From assembly GCA_030427445.1 (NCBI GenBank), contig JAUIBQ010000005.1, positions 1 to 59,905 on the forward strand: a stretch of DNA of 59,905 bases, read 5' to 3'. Every line of letters begins with the position of its first letter. Position 1 is the stretch's first letter. A program made the translations under genes and the position numbers. This document shows, one piece after another, positions 39,101 to 48,031 of the stretch. The notes under the pieces are model-generated. The model was given only the letters and a program-made list of their open reading frames with translations, made no database searches and was not told the DNA's origin. Source of the stretch: a bacterium. GTDB taxonomy: Bacteria > Patescibacteriota > Saccharimonadia > Saccharimonadales > SZUA-47.

Positions 39101-39499
39101 ATGAGCAAAGCAACACAGTACTACACTCCAGGAGTTTGTAACATCAATAACGTAGAGTCTGCGTCTCGTAAGAAAATTGCGTATGTATTCTTTGTATTAG
39201 CGTTATTATTTATTCTGCTAAGTATATTATTCGCGTTAAGTTTCTACAGCATTATTATCACTTTTCCTCTCATGTTTATTGCTTCGCTTAATTATCTGCA
39301 AGCTAAAAACAATTTTTGCGTCATGTATGCGAAAAATAACCTTTTTAATTCATCTGAAGCATTTGCAGACACTGAGAAAATCACAGATGAACATGCTATC
39401 AGAGCTGATTCACAGAAATCTCAGAGAATGTATCTACACTCTGCTGGTTTTGCGTTTTTACTGTCACTTGCCCATTTGCTGATACTGTTATCTAGATAA
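39101..39499 (+). CDS. Hypothetical membrane protein
   Basis: Y.PGVCNI...E...R and QA...FC motifs; three TMs. Confidence 0.7.
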   Translation: MSKATQYYTPGVCNINNVESASRKKIAYVFFVLALLFILLSILFALSFYSIIITFPLMFIASLNYLQAKNNFCVMYAKNNLFNSSEAFADTEKITDEHAIRADSQKSQRMYLHSAGFAFLLSLAHLLILLSR

Positions 39500-39578
39500 T
39501 GTAAAACAAGCTTACTTATGTAAAAAGTATTCTATACTACTAAGTTTTTCATACCAGATAAAATGCTATAGTAAGAGT

Positions 39579-40034
39579 ATGTTAGATTTGTTTAATCATG
39601 AGATTAAAGATTTTATTTCACAGCACACGACAGCCGTTATAGCTACGGTAGATAGTGAAGGTCAGCCACACACTTCAACCATATATTTTAGTTACGAGGA
39701 AAAAGATAAAATATACTTTTTAACTAAAGATCGTACAACCAAGTCTCAGAATTTAGAAGCGAACAACAAAGTAGCGATTACAGTTTTAGATAAAAACCAG
39801 GCTATTGCTGTCAATATCACCGGTACAGCGAAGGCAGTTGAAGATATTGCCAAGCGTGACAGTGTGATGCAGAGTGTATTGAAAATCTCGCACGATAATC
39901 AAGCTGATTACGCACCAATAGTGAAACTGCATAAAGGTGGATTTAAAGTGTTCATGTTGACTCCAACTCAAGCGAAAATGACAGATTTTACAAAGCCGAT
40001 GGGGGAAGTAAAAGAAAAACTAAAGAATTTTTGA
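39579..40034 (+). CDS. Pyridoxamine 5'-phosphate oxidase-like split-barrel protein
   Basis: IATVD.EGQPH and K..NL..N.KVA motifs. Confidence 0.85.
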   Translation: MLDLFNHEIKDFISQHTTAVIATVDSEGQPHTSTIYFSYEEKDKIYFLTKDRTTKSQNLEANNKVAITVLDKNQAIAVNITGTAKAVEDIAKRDSVMQSVLKISHDNQADYAPIVKLHKGGFKVFMLTPTQAKMTDFTKPMGEVKEKLKNF

Positions 40035-40074
40035 AATAACAAAAGATAAGTTGTAAAAACAGGTGGGATAAAAC

Positions 40075-40866
40075 ATGAGTTTAGAAAACAAAGTATTCGT
40101 TGTGACTGGAGCTGGCGGGGGTATCGGTAGTGAATTAGCATATGGTCTGTTACAGCGTGGTGCAAAAGTTGTAGCGGTCGACCTAAATGAAGAAAACTTG
40201 AAGCTATTCGAGACACAGGTCAATAGTCCAAATTTAAAGATTGTAGCGCTCGACATCACAGATGAAGAAGCAGTCCACAAGCTCCCGGACATCGTCAAAG
40301 AGACGTTTGATACAGTCGAAGGACTCATTAATTGTGCTGGGATAATCCAACCATTTGTTAAGGTGAAAGACTTAGAGACAAAAACAATTAAAAAGGTGAT
40401 GGATGTAAACTTTTATGGCACGCTTTACATGACACAAGCATTTCTGCCAAAACTTCTAGAAAGACCGGAAGCGCATCTCGTAAATGTCTCAAGTATGGGT
40501 GGTTTTTTACCTGTGCCAGGCCAAAGCGTATACGGGGCATCAAAGGCAGCAGTGAAGCTACTCACTGAAGCACTCTATGCTGAACTGAAAGGCACCAACG
40601 TCCATGTTTCTGTTGTATTCCCAGGAGCTACAAAAACTGATATCACCAACAACTCTGGTGTCGATACACCTGGAGATGCTTCTAATTCTGACTATCCAAT
40701 GCTTTCTGCAGAAGAAGTTGCAACTAAAATATTGAACGGAATTGAAAAGAAGAAATACCAGATTTTTACGGGGAATGACTCTCGATTCATGAACATTCTC
40801 TACCGTATCTATCCTAAATTTGCGACCAACTTCATCGCTAGTAAAATGCAAAGCCTGTTGTCTTAA
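40075..40866 (+). CDS. SDR oxidoreductase
   Basis: TGAGGGIG, NCAG, NVSSMGG and YGASK motifs. Confidence 0.93.
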   Translation: MSLENKVFVVTGAGGGIGSELAYGLLQRGAKVVAVDLNEENLKLFETQVNSPNLKIVALDITDEEAVHKLPDIVKETFDTVEGLINCAGIIQPFVKVKDLETKTIKKVMDVNFYGTLYMTQAFLPKLLERPEAHLVNVSSMGGFLPVPGQSVYGASKAAVKLLTEALYAELKGTNVHVSVVFPGATKTDITNNSGVDTPGDASNSDYPMLSAEEVATKILNGIEKKKYQIFTGNDSRFMNILYRIYPKFATNFIASKMQSLLS

Positions 40867-41783
40867 ATTTTTACGACGACACTCCCTTTTTTATGGCCAG
40901 TGTCTACGTAACGATTTGCTTCGACAATCTCTGATAAGTCATAAGTCTTGTCTATCGTCGCTGTTAACTGACCAGCATCAAACATTTTTGCAAGTATTTC
41001 TAGGTCCGATGAAAGTTCTTTAGCAACATCAAGACTGTCGACAGTAACGTACGCCCCATTGTCTGCTATGAGGTGCTTTGCGGCAGATTTTGGCAGCTTC
41101 CCAACAGCATCAAATACAATATCGAATGTTTCAGTAATGTCACTCAGTTTTGTGGATGTGTAGTCATGCACATTGTTTGCTCCTAGTTTCTTAGAGAGTT
41201 CGATACCGTCTGGACCACAAATCGCCGTAACATTTGCTCCGTAGTTTTTCGCAATTTGTACTGCCATAGACCCAACAGCTCCAGTTGAACCATTAATAAG
41301 TACATTACTACCTTTCTCTAAACCAGCTTTACGTAGAAAATACAGCGCAGTATTACCACCAAAAGGTAGAGCACTGGCTTCTTCGTGTGTCGCTTTCTTT
41401 GGTTTAAGCGCAATCGCCCGTTTATCGGGTAAAGCACAATATTCTGCATATGCACCGAAACTAAAGCCTGCCATAGCATACACTTCATCGCCGACTTTGA
41501 ATCTTGTTACATCTCTACCTATTTCTACAACTTCACCTGATAATACGCTTCCTGGGATCCTCTTGGGCCTGCGCAATCCTAGTACTATCCGTAAGATAAT
41601 CTTACTTATTACTCCTTTAAGGCCTTCGCCACCATCAAGCGCACGCATACGAACATCACCAGAGTTTACGGTTGCTGCTTTTACTTTTATTAGTATTTCA
41701 TTTTGTTTAATTGTCGGCTTAGGCACGTTTTTCACAGAAAGTACTTCCGGTGCTCCGTATCCATTTGCTATAACTGCTTTCAT
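40863..41783 (-). CDS. NAD(P)-dependent MDR (Zn-independent alcohol dehydrogenase/quinone reductase-like)
   Basis: YGAPEVL, GAYAEY, NGSTGAVG and GHKKG motifs. Confidence 0.9.
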   Translation of the reverse strand: MKAVIANGYGAPEVLSVKNVPKPTIKQNEILIKVKAATVNSGDVRMRALDGGEGLKGVISKIILRIVLGLRRPKRIPGSVLSGEVVEIGRDVTRFKVGDEVYAMAGFSFGAYAEYCALPDKRAIALKPKKATHEEASALPFGGNTALYFLRKAGLEKGSNVLINGSTGAVGSMAVQIAKNYGANVTAICGPDGIELSKKLGANNVHDYTSTKLSDITETFDIVFDAVGKLPKSAAKHLIADNGAYVTVDSLDVAKELSSDLEILAKMFDAGQLTATIDKTYDLSEIVEANRYVDTGHKKGSVVVKI

Positions 41784-41792
41784 AGTACTCCT

Positions 41793-42473
41793 TTATTTTT
41801 TAGTTTCTTTTATGTGTTTTAGGCGAATTTTCTCTAATCCCTCCAAGATAATAGAAAGCCCGAAATCAAAATCTTGCTGGCCATCGTGAGTGCCATCAAT
41901 AATACTCTGAGTCATTGCACGTGCATGGGGAAGTTCAGTCTCTGATAAGTACGGTAAATATTGTTGCGCAACTTTTTTGTATTCTGAAGCTTCAATAGGG
42001 AAGTCTTCCCGCTGCATGTTAAACCCATAGATGTAGCTATCGATAGTGTTCCAAGCATAGTCGGCTAATTGAGTGCTAAACCCTGCCTGCAGGAGATAGC
42101 CAATTGTTGAATCAGAATATTTCAACATACGTCGTCCGTCATTAAAGCCGGATATAAATAAGTGTGCAGCCCACGAATGCTTTTCTAGGACTTCCTTAAC
42201 TATGTGGGCACGTTTTGTCATTGCTTCTCGCCAATTGATGTCGGCACTTGGTGGATTAACTTCAGGTGCTACATACTCGACCATTGCTGCGATTAAAGCA
42301 TTTTTATTGGCGACATGGTGATACAGTGACATAGCTTCAACGCCCAACTTACTTGCCAGCTTACGCATCGATAGTGAATCAATGCCTTCAGTATCAGCAA
42401 TTTCTACTGCCGTTGCAATAATCATGCCGTGAGTCAGTTTCGGCCGATTTTTTTTCTTGACTTTATCATTCAT
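41793..42473 (-). CDS. TetR/AcrR regulator with TetR_C domain
   Basis: LSMRKLA..LGVEAMSLYHHV.NK HTH; FDFGL.IIL.GL tail. Confidence 0.93.
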   Translation of the reverse strand: MNDKVKKKNRPKLTHGMIIATAVEIADTEGIDSLSMRKLASKLGVEAMSLYHHVANKNALIAAMVEYVAPEVNPPSADINWREAMTKRAHIVKEVLEKHSWAAHLFISGFNDGRRMLKYSDSTIGYLLQAGFSTQLADYAWNTIDSYIYGFNMQREDFPIEASEYKKVAQQYLPYLSETELPHARAMTQSIIDGTHDGQQDFDFGLSIILEGLEKIRLKHIKETKK

Positions 42474-42483
42474 ACATAATAAC

Positions 42484-42496
42484 CTTACAGTGTAAG
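42484..42496. promoter_or_regulatory. Candidate TetR operator CTTAC-AGT-GTAAG
   Basis: Palindrome in the divergent promoter between tetR and the membrane-protein operon. Confidence 0.6.
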
Positions 42497-42533
42497 TCTA
42501 TTATACACTAATAATTGCGTAAAGGAGCTTTTA

Positions 42534-42656
42534 ATGGAATTACTATTTACTTCTGATGCATGGGCATCGCCTGGAGGAGTAGGATTTTTTCTACTTTGTT
42601 TGAGCGTATTCTTCTACCTCATGTTTCGTTTAGACGTTAAAAATAAGAAGAAATAA
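42534..42656 (+). CDS. Small single-TM protein, 40 aa, not in ORF track
   Basis: AAAGGAG RBS; MELLFTSDAWASPGGVGFFLL...KNKKK. Confidence 0.6.
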   Translation: MELLFTSDAWASPGGVGFFLLCLSVFFYLMFRLDVKNKKK

Positions 42657-42669
42657 GGACATTAGTGTC

Positions 42670-42819
42670 GTGTCAAAAACAGGTAAATCAAACTGGCGCA
42701 AAGGTGCTGGACTTGCAGTCGGTCTTTTAATCGGTGTACTGCTTGCAGTAGTGTCGGGTAACAACGGTTTATTTGTAATTGGAGTTGCAATCGGTGCGGC
42801 TCTAGAAGCCAAAAAATAA
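42670..42819 (+). CDS. Small glycine-zipper membrane protein, 49 aa, not in ORF track
   Basis: GTG start; GAGLAVGLLIG...IGVAIGAAL; co-oriented with its neighbours. Confidence 0.6.
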   Translation: MSKTGKSNWRKGAGLAVGLLIGVLLAVVSGNNGLFVIGVAIGAALEAKK

Positions 42820-42851
42820 CAATAAGCTCTAATTTTGAGCAAGGGGGAACT

Positions 42852-43490
42852 ATGAAACTAACAACAGCAAAATTAACAGGTCTATTTTATCTAGGCCTTG
42901 CAATAACAGGTGTATTTGCATTTTTATTCGCGAGAGACCAGTTGCTAGTCGCTGGAGATGCAACTCAAACAGCAGCTAATCTCGTAAAAGACGAAACACT
43001 TGCACGTTTTGGTATAGCAGCAGAGGTACTAATTGTAGGGTTTCAGGCACTTGCGGCAGTGTGGTTCTACAAATTATTTAAGAAAAAAGACAGCTTTACC
43101 GCTGGTCTAATCGCAGTATTCGGTATGGTAAATGCCATCGTTATATTGACGGCTTCTGCTTTTTGGTTAATGGCACTTAATACTGCTGTAGCCGGTGGTA
43201 GTAGCGACACAGTACTAACACTATTTGATGCACACGAAACACTATGGCAAGTTGGTGCTTTGTTCTTTGGCTTATGGTTGTTACCGATGGCTTACATGGC
43301 TCAGAAATATGACATGCCACGTGGTATGGTTTGGTTCTTAGTGGCTGGTGGAATTGGTTATGTGCTATCAACCTTTACGGGTATTGTACTGCCAGAACAA
43401 ACTACTCTAAATGAAGCGCTACCAATGCCAGCAACTATTGGCGAATTCTGGATGATTGGCTACCTACTCTTTAAGGATGTGAAAGGCTAG
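42852..43490 (+). CDS. DUF4386-like membrane protein
   Basis: GLFYL, GDA..TAAN, FFGLWL and GEF...GYLL motifs. Confidence 0.8.
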   Translation: MKLTTAKLTGLFYLGLAITGVFAFLFARDQLLVAGDATQTAANLVKDETLARFGIAAEVLIVGFQALAAVWFYKLFKKKDSFTAGLIAVFGMVNAIVILTASAFWLMALNTAVAGGSSDTVLTLFDAHETLWQVGALFFGLWLLPMAYMAQKYDMPRGMVWFLVAGGIGYVLSTFTGIVLPEQTTLNEALPMPATIGEFWMIGYLLFKDVKG

Positions 43491-43494
43491 CACA

Positions 43495-43872
43495 ATGGAT
43501 ACTATAGGGTGGATACTACTTGCATTGCTTGCAGTGCAAGTAGTGTTCCAAGCAAAACTGGCTCTCGGCGCTCCGTTGGGACATATCGCATATGGCGGTA
43601 GACACAAAGGCGCTTTGCCAAAAAACTATCGGATTATTAGTGCTGTCGCAGTTCTTGTGTATTCTTTTTTTATGACCATTGTTGTCATGGCTTCCACTGC
43701 GGATAACGGTGTAAGTTCTAGCAGTCTTATCGAAATTGTACTCTGGATTATGGCAGTATTTTTTGGGCTTGGCACGATTGCGAATGCGTTTTCCCCAAGC
43801 AAGCCTGAACGGTGGTGGGCAGTATATACTCTAGCTACACTTCTCTGTACTCTGTATCTATTACAAGTTTAG
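43495..43872 (+). CDS. Hypothetical membrane protein
   Basis: LALGAPLG...YGG...LP..R and N..S.S..ER motifs; four TMs. Confidence 0.75.
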   Translation: MDTIGWILLALLAVQVVFQAKLALGAPLGHIAYGGRHKGALPKNYRIISAVAVLVYSFFMTIVVMASTADNGVSSSSLIEIVLWIMAVFFGLGTIANAFSPSKPERWWAVYTLATLLCTLYLLQV

Positions 43873-43936
43873 AAAACAAAGACAGAATATTCTCGTAGTG
43901 TTTACGCTTGGGTATATCAGTAGGATGATTTTAGGG

Positions 43937-44341
43937 CTATTCCCATACTTTGGCTTTGTTTAGTAACTTTGGATATTCAGGTTGAAGTATACAGAATTCA
44001 TTGTCAAAAGGATCAAGCATAACCCAATAATTAAAACCTCTTTCATGCATATACTTATGCTTTTTAGCTCCAAATTTCTCGAGTCTACTTGCTTCAGCTT
44101 CTATATCGTCGGTTTCTATATCTATATGTATTCTTGTTTTGCTGGTCTTTTCTTCAGGGACTAGCTGCAGGAGTATTCGTATGTCATTATCGGGAATTTT
44201 CAGCCTTCTGTATGTAGTATCGCTGTTGCCTATCGTCGAGAACTCTTCAAGTTTTGCACCAAATGCGTTGGTGTAGAAGTGTAGTGCTTTATCAAAATTG
44301 TTGACGTCAATAGTTATATAGCAGAGTCTACTTTTATGCAT
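43937..44341 (-). CDS. VOC/glyoxalase-like protein
   Basis: IDV, FY, VPE.K..K.RIHID and VMLDP..NEFC motifs. Confidence 0.88.
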   Translation of the reverse strand: MHKSRLCYITIDVNNFDKALHFYTNAFGAKLEEFSTIGNSDTTYRRLKIPDNDIRILLQLVPEEKTSKTRIHIDIETDDIEAEASRLEKFGAKKHKYMHERGFNYWVMLDPFDNEFCILQPEYPKLLNKAKVWE

Positions 44342-44520
44342 AAAATAAGTGTACCAAAAAGCAAATTAATGTAGTGTAGATTTACGGATTCAATCTGACG
44401 ATTGGCCCTGATAAAGTATAAGATATAGTTTTGTTCCGAGATATAACCTACTATTCGTATGTGTTGTCTATTTAAGCAGACACAGTAGTCTAAAGTCATA
44501 TTTTAGGTATACTGTAATTT

Positions 44521-45045
44521 ATGAAGACAAAAATTAAGCGCAGTAAAAAAGAAATAGCAAAAACAGTTTTAATAATAGTTGCGGTTGCTATATTGGCTTT
44601 TATGACAATCATTAGTGAATCAAATACTGTTAGAAAATTTCGGATTAATTCATTAAGTAATAACATTCTGAACGACTTCAATGGTAGTACCAATAGTGAT
44701 TTGAAAGATTTTGAATCAAGAAATTTCTGTAGAGAAGCAGGTGTAAAATTTCAAAGATCATATGAGTTCTGCATATCTGAACATAGCTCATCTCTATATA
44801 ATTCTGCCACAAAATTTAACGAGTCTGTAGATGTATATAATTATTTTGATAAAGACTGGAAAATACGGCAAACAGAACAAGAATCCCTTAAGTCTAAAAT
44901 AAAAGATGAAGAAGTTACCTATAGCGGTAAAAAAAGTTTCTACGGCAATGTTAATTGTAGTGTATGGTATAGCTATCACACGTCAACAAAATATGAGTCA
45001 TTGCGTATATCGTGTAGCTTTAGAAAATCAAGTGCTTTTTTGTAA
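44521..45045 (+). CDS. Hypothetical AT-rich membrane-anchored protein
   Basis: N-terminal TM; four Cys; leaderless TATACT promoter. Confidence 0.6.
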   Translation: MKTKIKRSKKEIAKTVLIIVAVAILAFMTIISESNTVRKFRINSLSNNILNDFNGSTNSDLKDFESRNFCREAGVKFQRSYEFCISEHSSSLYNSATKFNESVDVYNYFDKDWKIRQTEQESLKSKIKDEEVTYSGKKSFYGNVNCSVWYSYHTSTKYESLRISCSFRKSSAFL

Positions 45046-45170
45046 TACGTAACATCTTTATTTACCTATTCACATCATCGTCATATACGGAGCAGGCATC
45101 TATGCATAGCATGCATCATATCGTTAATTTCATACTCTACTTAACAACCAACATTTGTCAGATAATTAGT

Positions 45171-45794
45171 TTATTTGCCTTTGTATTGAAATATATAACA
45201 CGTGGCAGACGTAACGTAACCTGGTCCTTTTCCGGTTTTTAGCAGCTCTTTCTTCGAATCATTTTGTCTATCTTTACGTATGAAATACTGCTCTAACTTT
45301 TCTTCGGATAAACGCCACGCTTGTTTCGTGTGTTTTGCTACAGCGATAAGTTTAAAGTCTTTATCTAAATGTGCCATTGTAGCATCGCCATGACTATTGT
45401 TTGCGACAAATATCCCGCCTTTTTTTAGATACTGTTTGCCTGCCTGAGAGACAAACCCAGCATATTGCGATAACAACAAGTCGAAATCGTCATCTATATC
45501 CAGTGCCGTGTCGTAGTTCTGCTTCAAAAATGTGTACCGAGAAGGTTGAGCGTATTGTTTATTATTCGCTATAAATGCTTCCGCTTCTTCGCTCTCTACC
45601 ATCTTTTTAAAGGCATCATATGAGTCCACATACACTACTTCTGGGTATACCAGGCTAGGGGTTATATGAATGTGGCTTCCTAGGTACAGTGCCTTTTTGA
45701 CCGCGTACTTTTGCTGCAGTAATTCGAATAAGCCTAATCTGTCAAACTGACGTGATATGAAGTATTTATTGTACTCATCTAGAAAATGTTTCAT
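45171..45794 (-). CDS. Hypothetical protein, possible SAM-dependent methyltransferase fold
   Basis: LYLGS, YVD, FDLLLSQYAG and LKKGG motifs. Confidence 0.55.
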   Translation of the reverse strand: MKHFLDEYNKYFISRQFDRLGLFELLQQKYAVKKALYLGSHIHITPSLVYPEVVYVDSYDAFKKMVESEEAEAFIANNKQYAQPSRYTFLKQNYDTALDIDDDFDLLLSQYAGFVSQAGKQYLKKGGIFVANNSHGDATMAHLDKDFKLIAVAKHTKQAWRLSEEKLEQYFIRKDRQNDSKKELLKTGKGPGYVTSATCYIFQYKGK

Positions 45795-45892
45795 AGATTA
45801 AGTATCTCATACATTATTAATACTAAGCCGAGTGTGCACAATTTTCTTATGGTGTCTGTAGAGTACGCATCAAGTACGTTGATGGGACGACT

Positions 45893-46309
45893 CTAGTTAA
45901 GTATTCCGACAGTAAGACCGATCAGCGCAAACTCAACGATAACCCACGTAGCGTCAATCCACATGAGCTTAAATGGTCGCAGAGCGAATGCGTATAAAAA
46001 TAGTATTTGCGATGCAGCAAGCCCCACACCTAGAACGGCACCATCAAACAGTCCGTCAAACCAACCTTGAGTGTCAGCCAGCACAACATTTAGCGTAAAT
46101 GCTCCAACACTGCTCGTCACAAGAACTAGCGGCATAATCCGGCTCACGTATGCTTTCTCTATGTCTTTTGCTTTAACCTCAACCGCTTCCATCCATGGCT
46201 TACCTGCAAGGCTGCTACTGTACCAGACGAAGCTCCATACCATGCTTACGACAACAGATACCGCCACAGCTACCCAATTCACGTTGTTTAACATTTCTGA
46301 TAAATCCAT
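45893..46309 (-). CDS. DUF1761-family membrane protein
   Basis: NW.AV, WYS...GKPWM and RPFKL..ID motifs. Confidence 0.8.
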   Translation of the reverse strand: MDLSEMLNNVNWVAVAVSVVVSMVWSFVWYSSSLAGKPWMEAVEVKAKDIEKAYVSRIMPLVLVTSSVGAFTLNVVLADTQGWFDGLFDGAVLGVGLAASQILFLYAFALRPFKLMWIDATWVIVEFALIGLTVGILN

Positions 46310-46380
46310 TACTCCTCCATTATGCCGATTGTGCTAATTATCTCATAAGTAAAAGTTTCAATTCTACTCTGGGTATCAAA

Positions 46381-46410
46381 AAGTCAGAACTATATCTACA
46401 GTTCTGACTT
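46381..46410 (-). terminator. Hairpin distal to the outermost tRNA 3'-end repeat
   Basis: AAGTCAGAACT/AGTTCTGACTT stem. Confidence 0.6.
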
Positions 46411-46419
46411 CATCTATTC

Positions 46420-46598
46420 CAGCTTGGCTCCGGGGACTGGATTCCCCAGGGAAATTTTGGAGAGCTTTAGCACGTGCTAGTACTGCACGCTCTGGCTCAA
46501 AATATCGAACCAGCCCTTTCAGGGCAATCTGGTTCGATTCTACATCTTCGATGTAAAAGAAAAAGCCCCGACAAATGTCGAGACTTCATTTTTGGCTC
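46420..46598 (-). repeat. tRNA-Asn 3'-end-linked repeat unit C (att-like)
   Basis: 46425-46444 is a 20-bp exact match to the tRNA 3' end; the T-arm remainder follows at 46505-46514 after an insertion; then hairpins and a TGGCTC core at 46593. Confidence 0.85.
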
Positions 46599-46690
46599 GC
46601 TGTGGTGAGCGAGTTACGAACTACTCATATACTACTTTAATCTGTTCTAGAACTGTGACATAATTAATTTAACTAATTTAATTTATACAG

Positions 46691-47953
46691 ATGGTACAAA
46701 TACTTAACGACTCAAAAACTGATATCCATGTCATTAAAACTGATTTTGGAACTAATGAAATAAACTTTGTAGAGAGAAAAGGTATTGGACACCCAGATAC
46801 ACTAGCAGACAATCTTGCTGAGCACCTAAGTGCAAAATATTCTCGATACACGTTAGAAAAGTTTGGAGCAATCTTACACCACAATTTTGATAAACTTGGT
46901 ATTCTAGGTGGAAAATCTTTAGTAAAATTTGGCAGCGGAAAAATGACTAGCCCCATAAGAGTGCTAATTAACGGGCGAATATCTGATAAATTTGGCGACG
47001 AAACAATACCTTTTAGAGAGATGCTTTCGTCAGCTACGTACGAGTTTATAAGTGCTCGATTCGGTGAGTTGATCCCCGAAGATATGGTATCTATAACATT
47101 TAATATAAGTACAGCAAGTAGTCCTGGGCATTCAGACAAGAATGATAAAAGCGGCAGTAGTCGCAATTACTGGTTCCAACCTAGAGGGTTAAATGATCTA
47201 CCAGAAATACATAGTTTGTTCTCGAATGATACTTCAATTGGATGTGGGTATTACCCTTTAAGAAGTATTGAATCCTATGTCTTAATGCTGGAAAACGACC
47301 TCACATTAGGTGAGTTTGCCAAGAAACACGTTTGGGCTGGTACAGATGTTAAGATAATGGGTTCTGATATAGAAGGGAAAGTAGATATAACTCTATGCGT
47401 TCCTCAGATCTCTAGATATGTTAATGACATCGAAGAGTATAAAGCAAACATCAAGATCATAAAGGACTATTTAACTGAGCATTCTCAGAAAAATTTAGGG
47501 AGTAAGGTCAATTTTAATCTCAATACGCGTGATGATTACGAAAGGCAAGAGCTATATCTGACAGCTACTGGATCTTCGATTGAAAGTGGTGATGAAGGCT
47601 TGGTAGGTAGAGGTAACCGTGTTAACCAGTTAATTACGATCAATAGTCCTATGAGCATGGAGGGTGCAAGTGGAAAGAACCCTGTATATCACATCGGAAA
47701 ACTCTACTATATAGCAGCCCATCAAATAGCAAAGAAGGTTTATGAAAAATTCGATGGCCTGCAGAATGAAGTGTATCTAGTGAGTAACAGCGGCAGGGCA
47801 TTAATCAGTCCTTGGAAGACCGTAATCAAGGTGCCGAAAAATAGTAATGTTAACCAATCAGACGTAGAGTCATTTGTTGTTGGATGCCTCAGAGAGATAC
47901 CGCAAATTACAAACGAATTAGTGTCAGTAAATTCAGAATTAGTTATCTCATAA
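46691..47953 (+). CDS. Archaeal-type S-adenosylmethionine synthetase (MAT)
   Basis: ERKGIGHPDTLAD, HHNFDK, NDTS, TGSSIESGDEG.VGRGNR and GKNPVYHIGKLY motifs. Confidence 0.9.
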   Translation: MVQILNDSKTDIHVIKTDFGTNEINFVERKGIGHPDTLADNLAEHLSAKYSRYTLEKFGAILHHNFDKLGILGGKSLVKFGSGKMTSPIRVLINGRISDKFGDETIPFREMLSSATYEFISARFGELIPEDMVSITFNISTASSPGHSDKNDKSGSSRNYWFQPRGLNDLPEIHSLFSNDTSIGCGYYPLRSIESYVLMLENDLTLGEFAKKHVWAGTDVKIMGSDIEGKVDITLCVPQISRYVNDIEEYKANIKIIKDYLTEHSQKNLGSKVNFNLNTRDDYERQELYLTATGSSIESGDEGLVGRGNRVNQLITINSPMSMEGASGKNPVYHIGKLYYIAAHQIAKKVYEKFDGLQNEVYLVSNSGRALISPWKTVIKVPKNSNVNQSDVESFVVGCLREIPQITNELVSVNSELVIS

Positions 47954-48031
47954 GTATGAAGTAGCTAGCTTTAATCTATAGTTGTATTTCTGTACAAAAT
48001 GTACTAAAGTATCAGTAGGAATTATTTACCA

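Noticed and set aside
42630-42842. 70-aa minus-strand ORF
   Set aside because: It is the antisense shadow of the plus-strand glycine-zipper microprotein.
44314-44499. 61-aa ORF or gene remnant
   Set aside because: TTG start, overlaps the VOC gene, and has no convincing motif.
43873-46420. Classical integron attC cassettes
   Set aside because: No consistent RYYYAAC...GTTRRRY inverted repeats, mixed gene orientations, and no intI.
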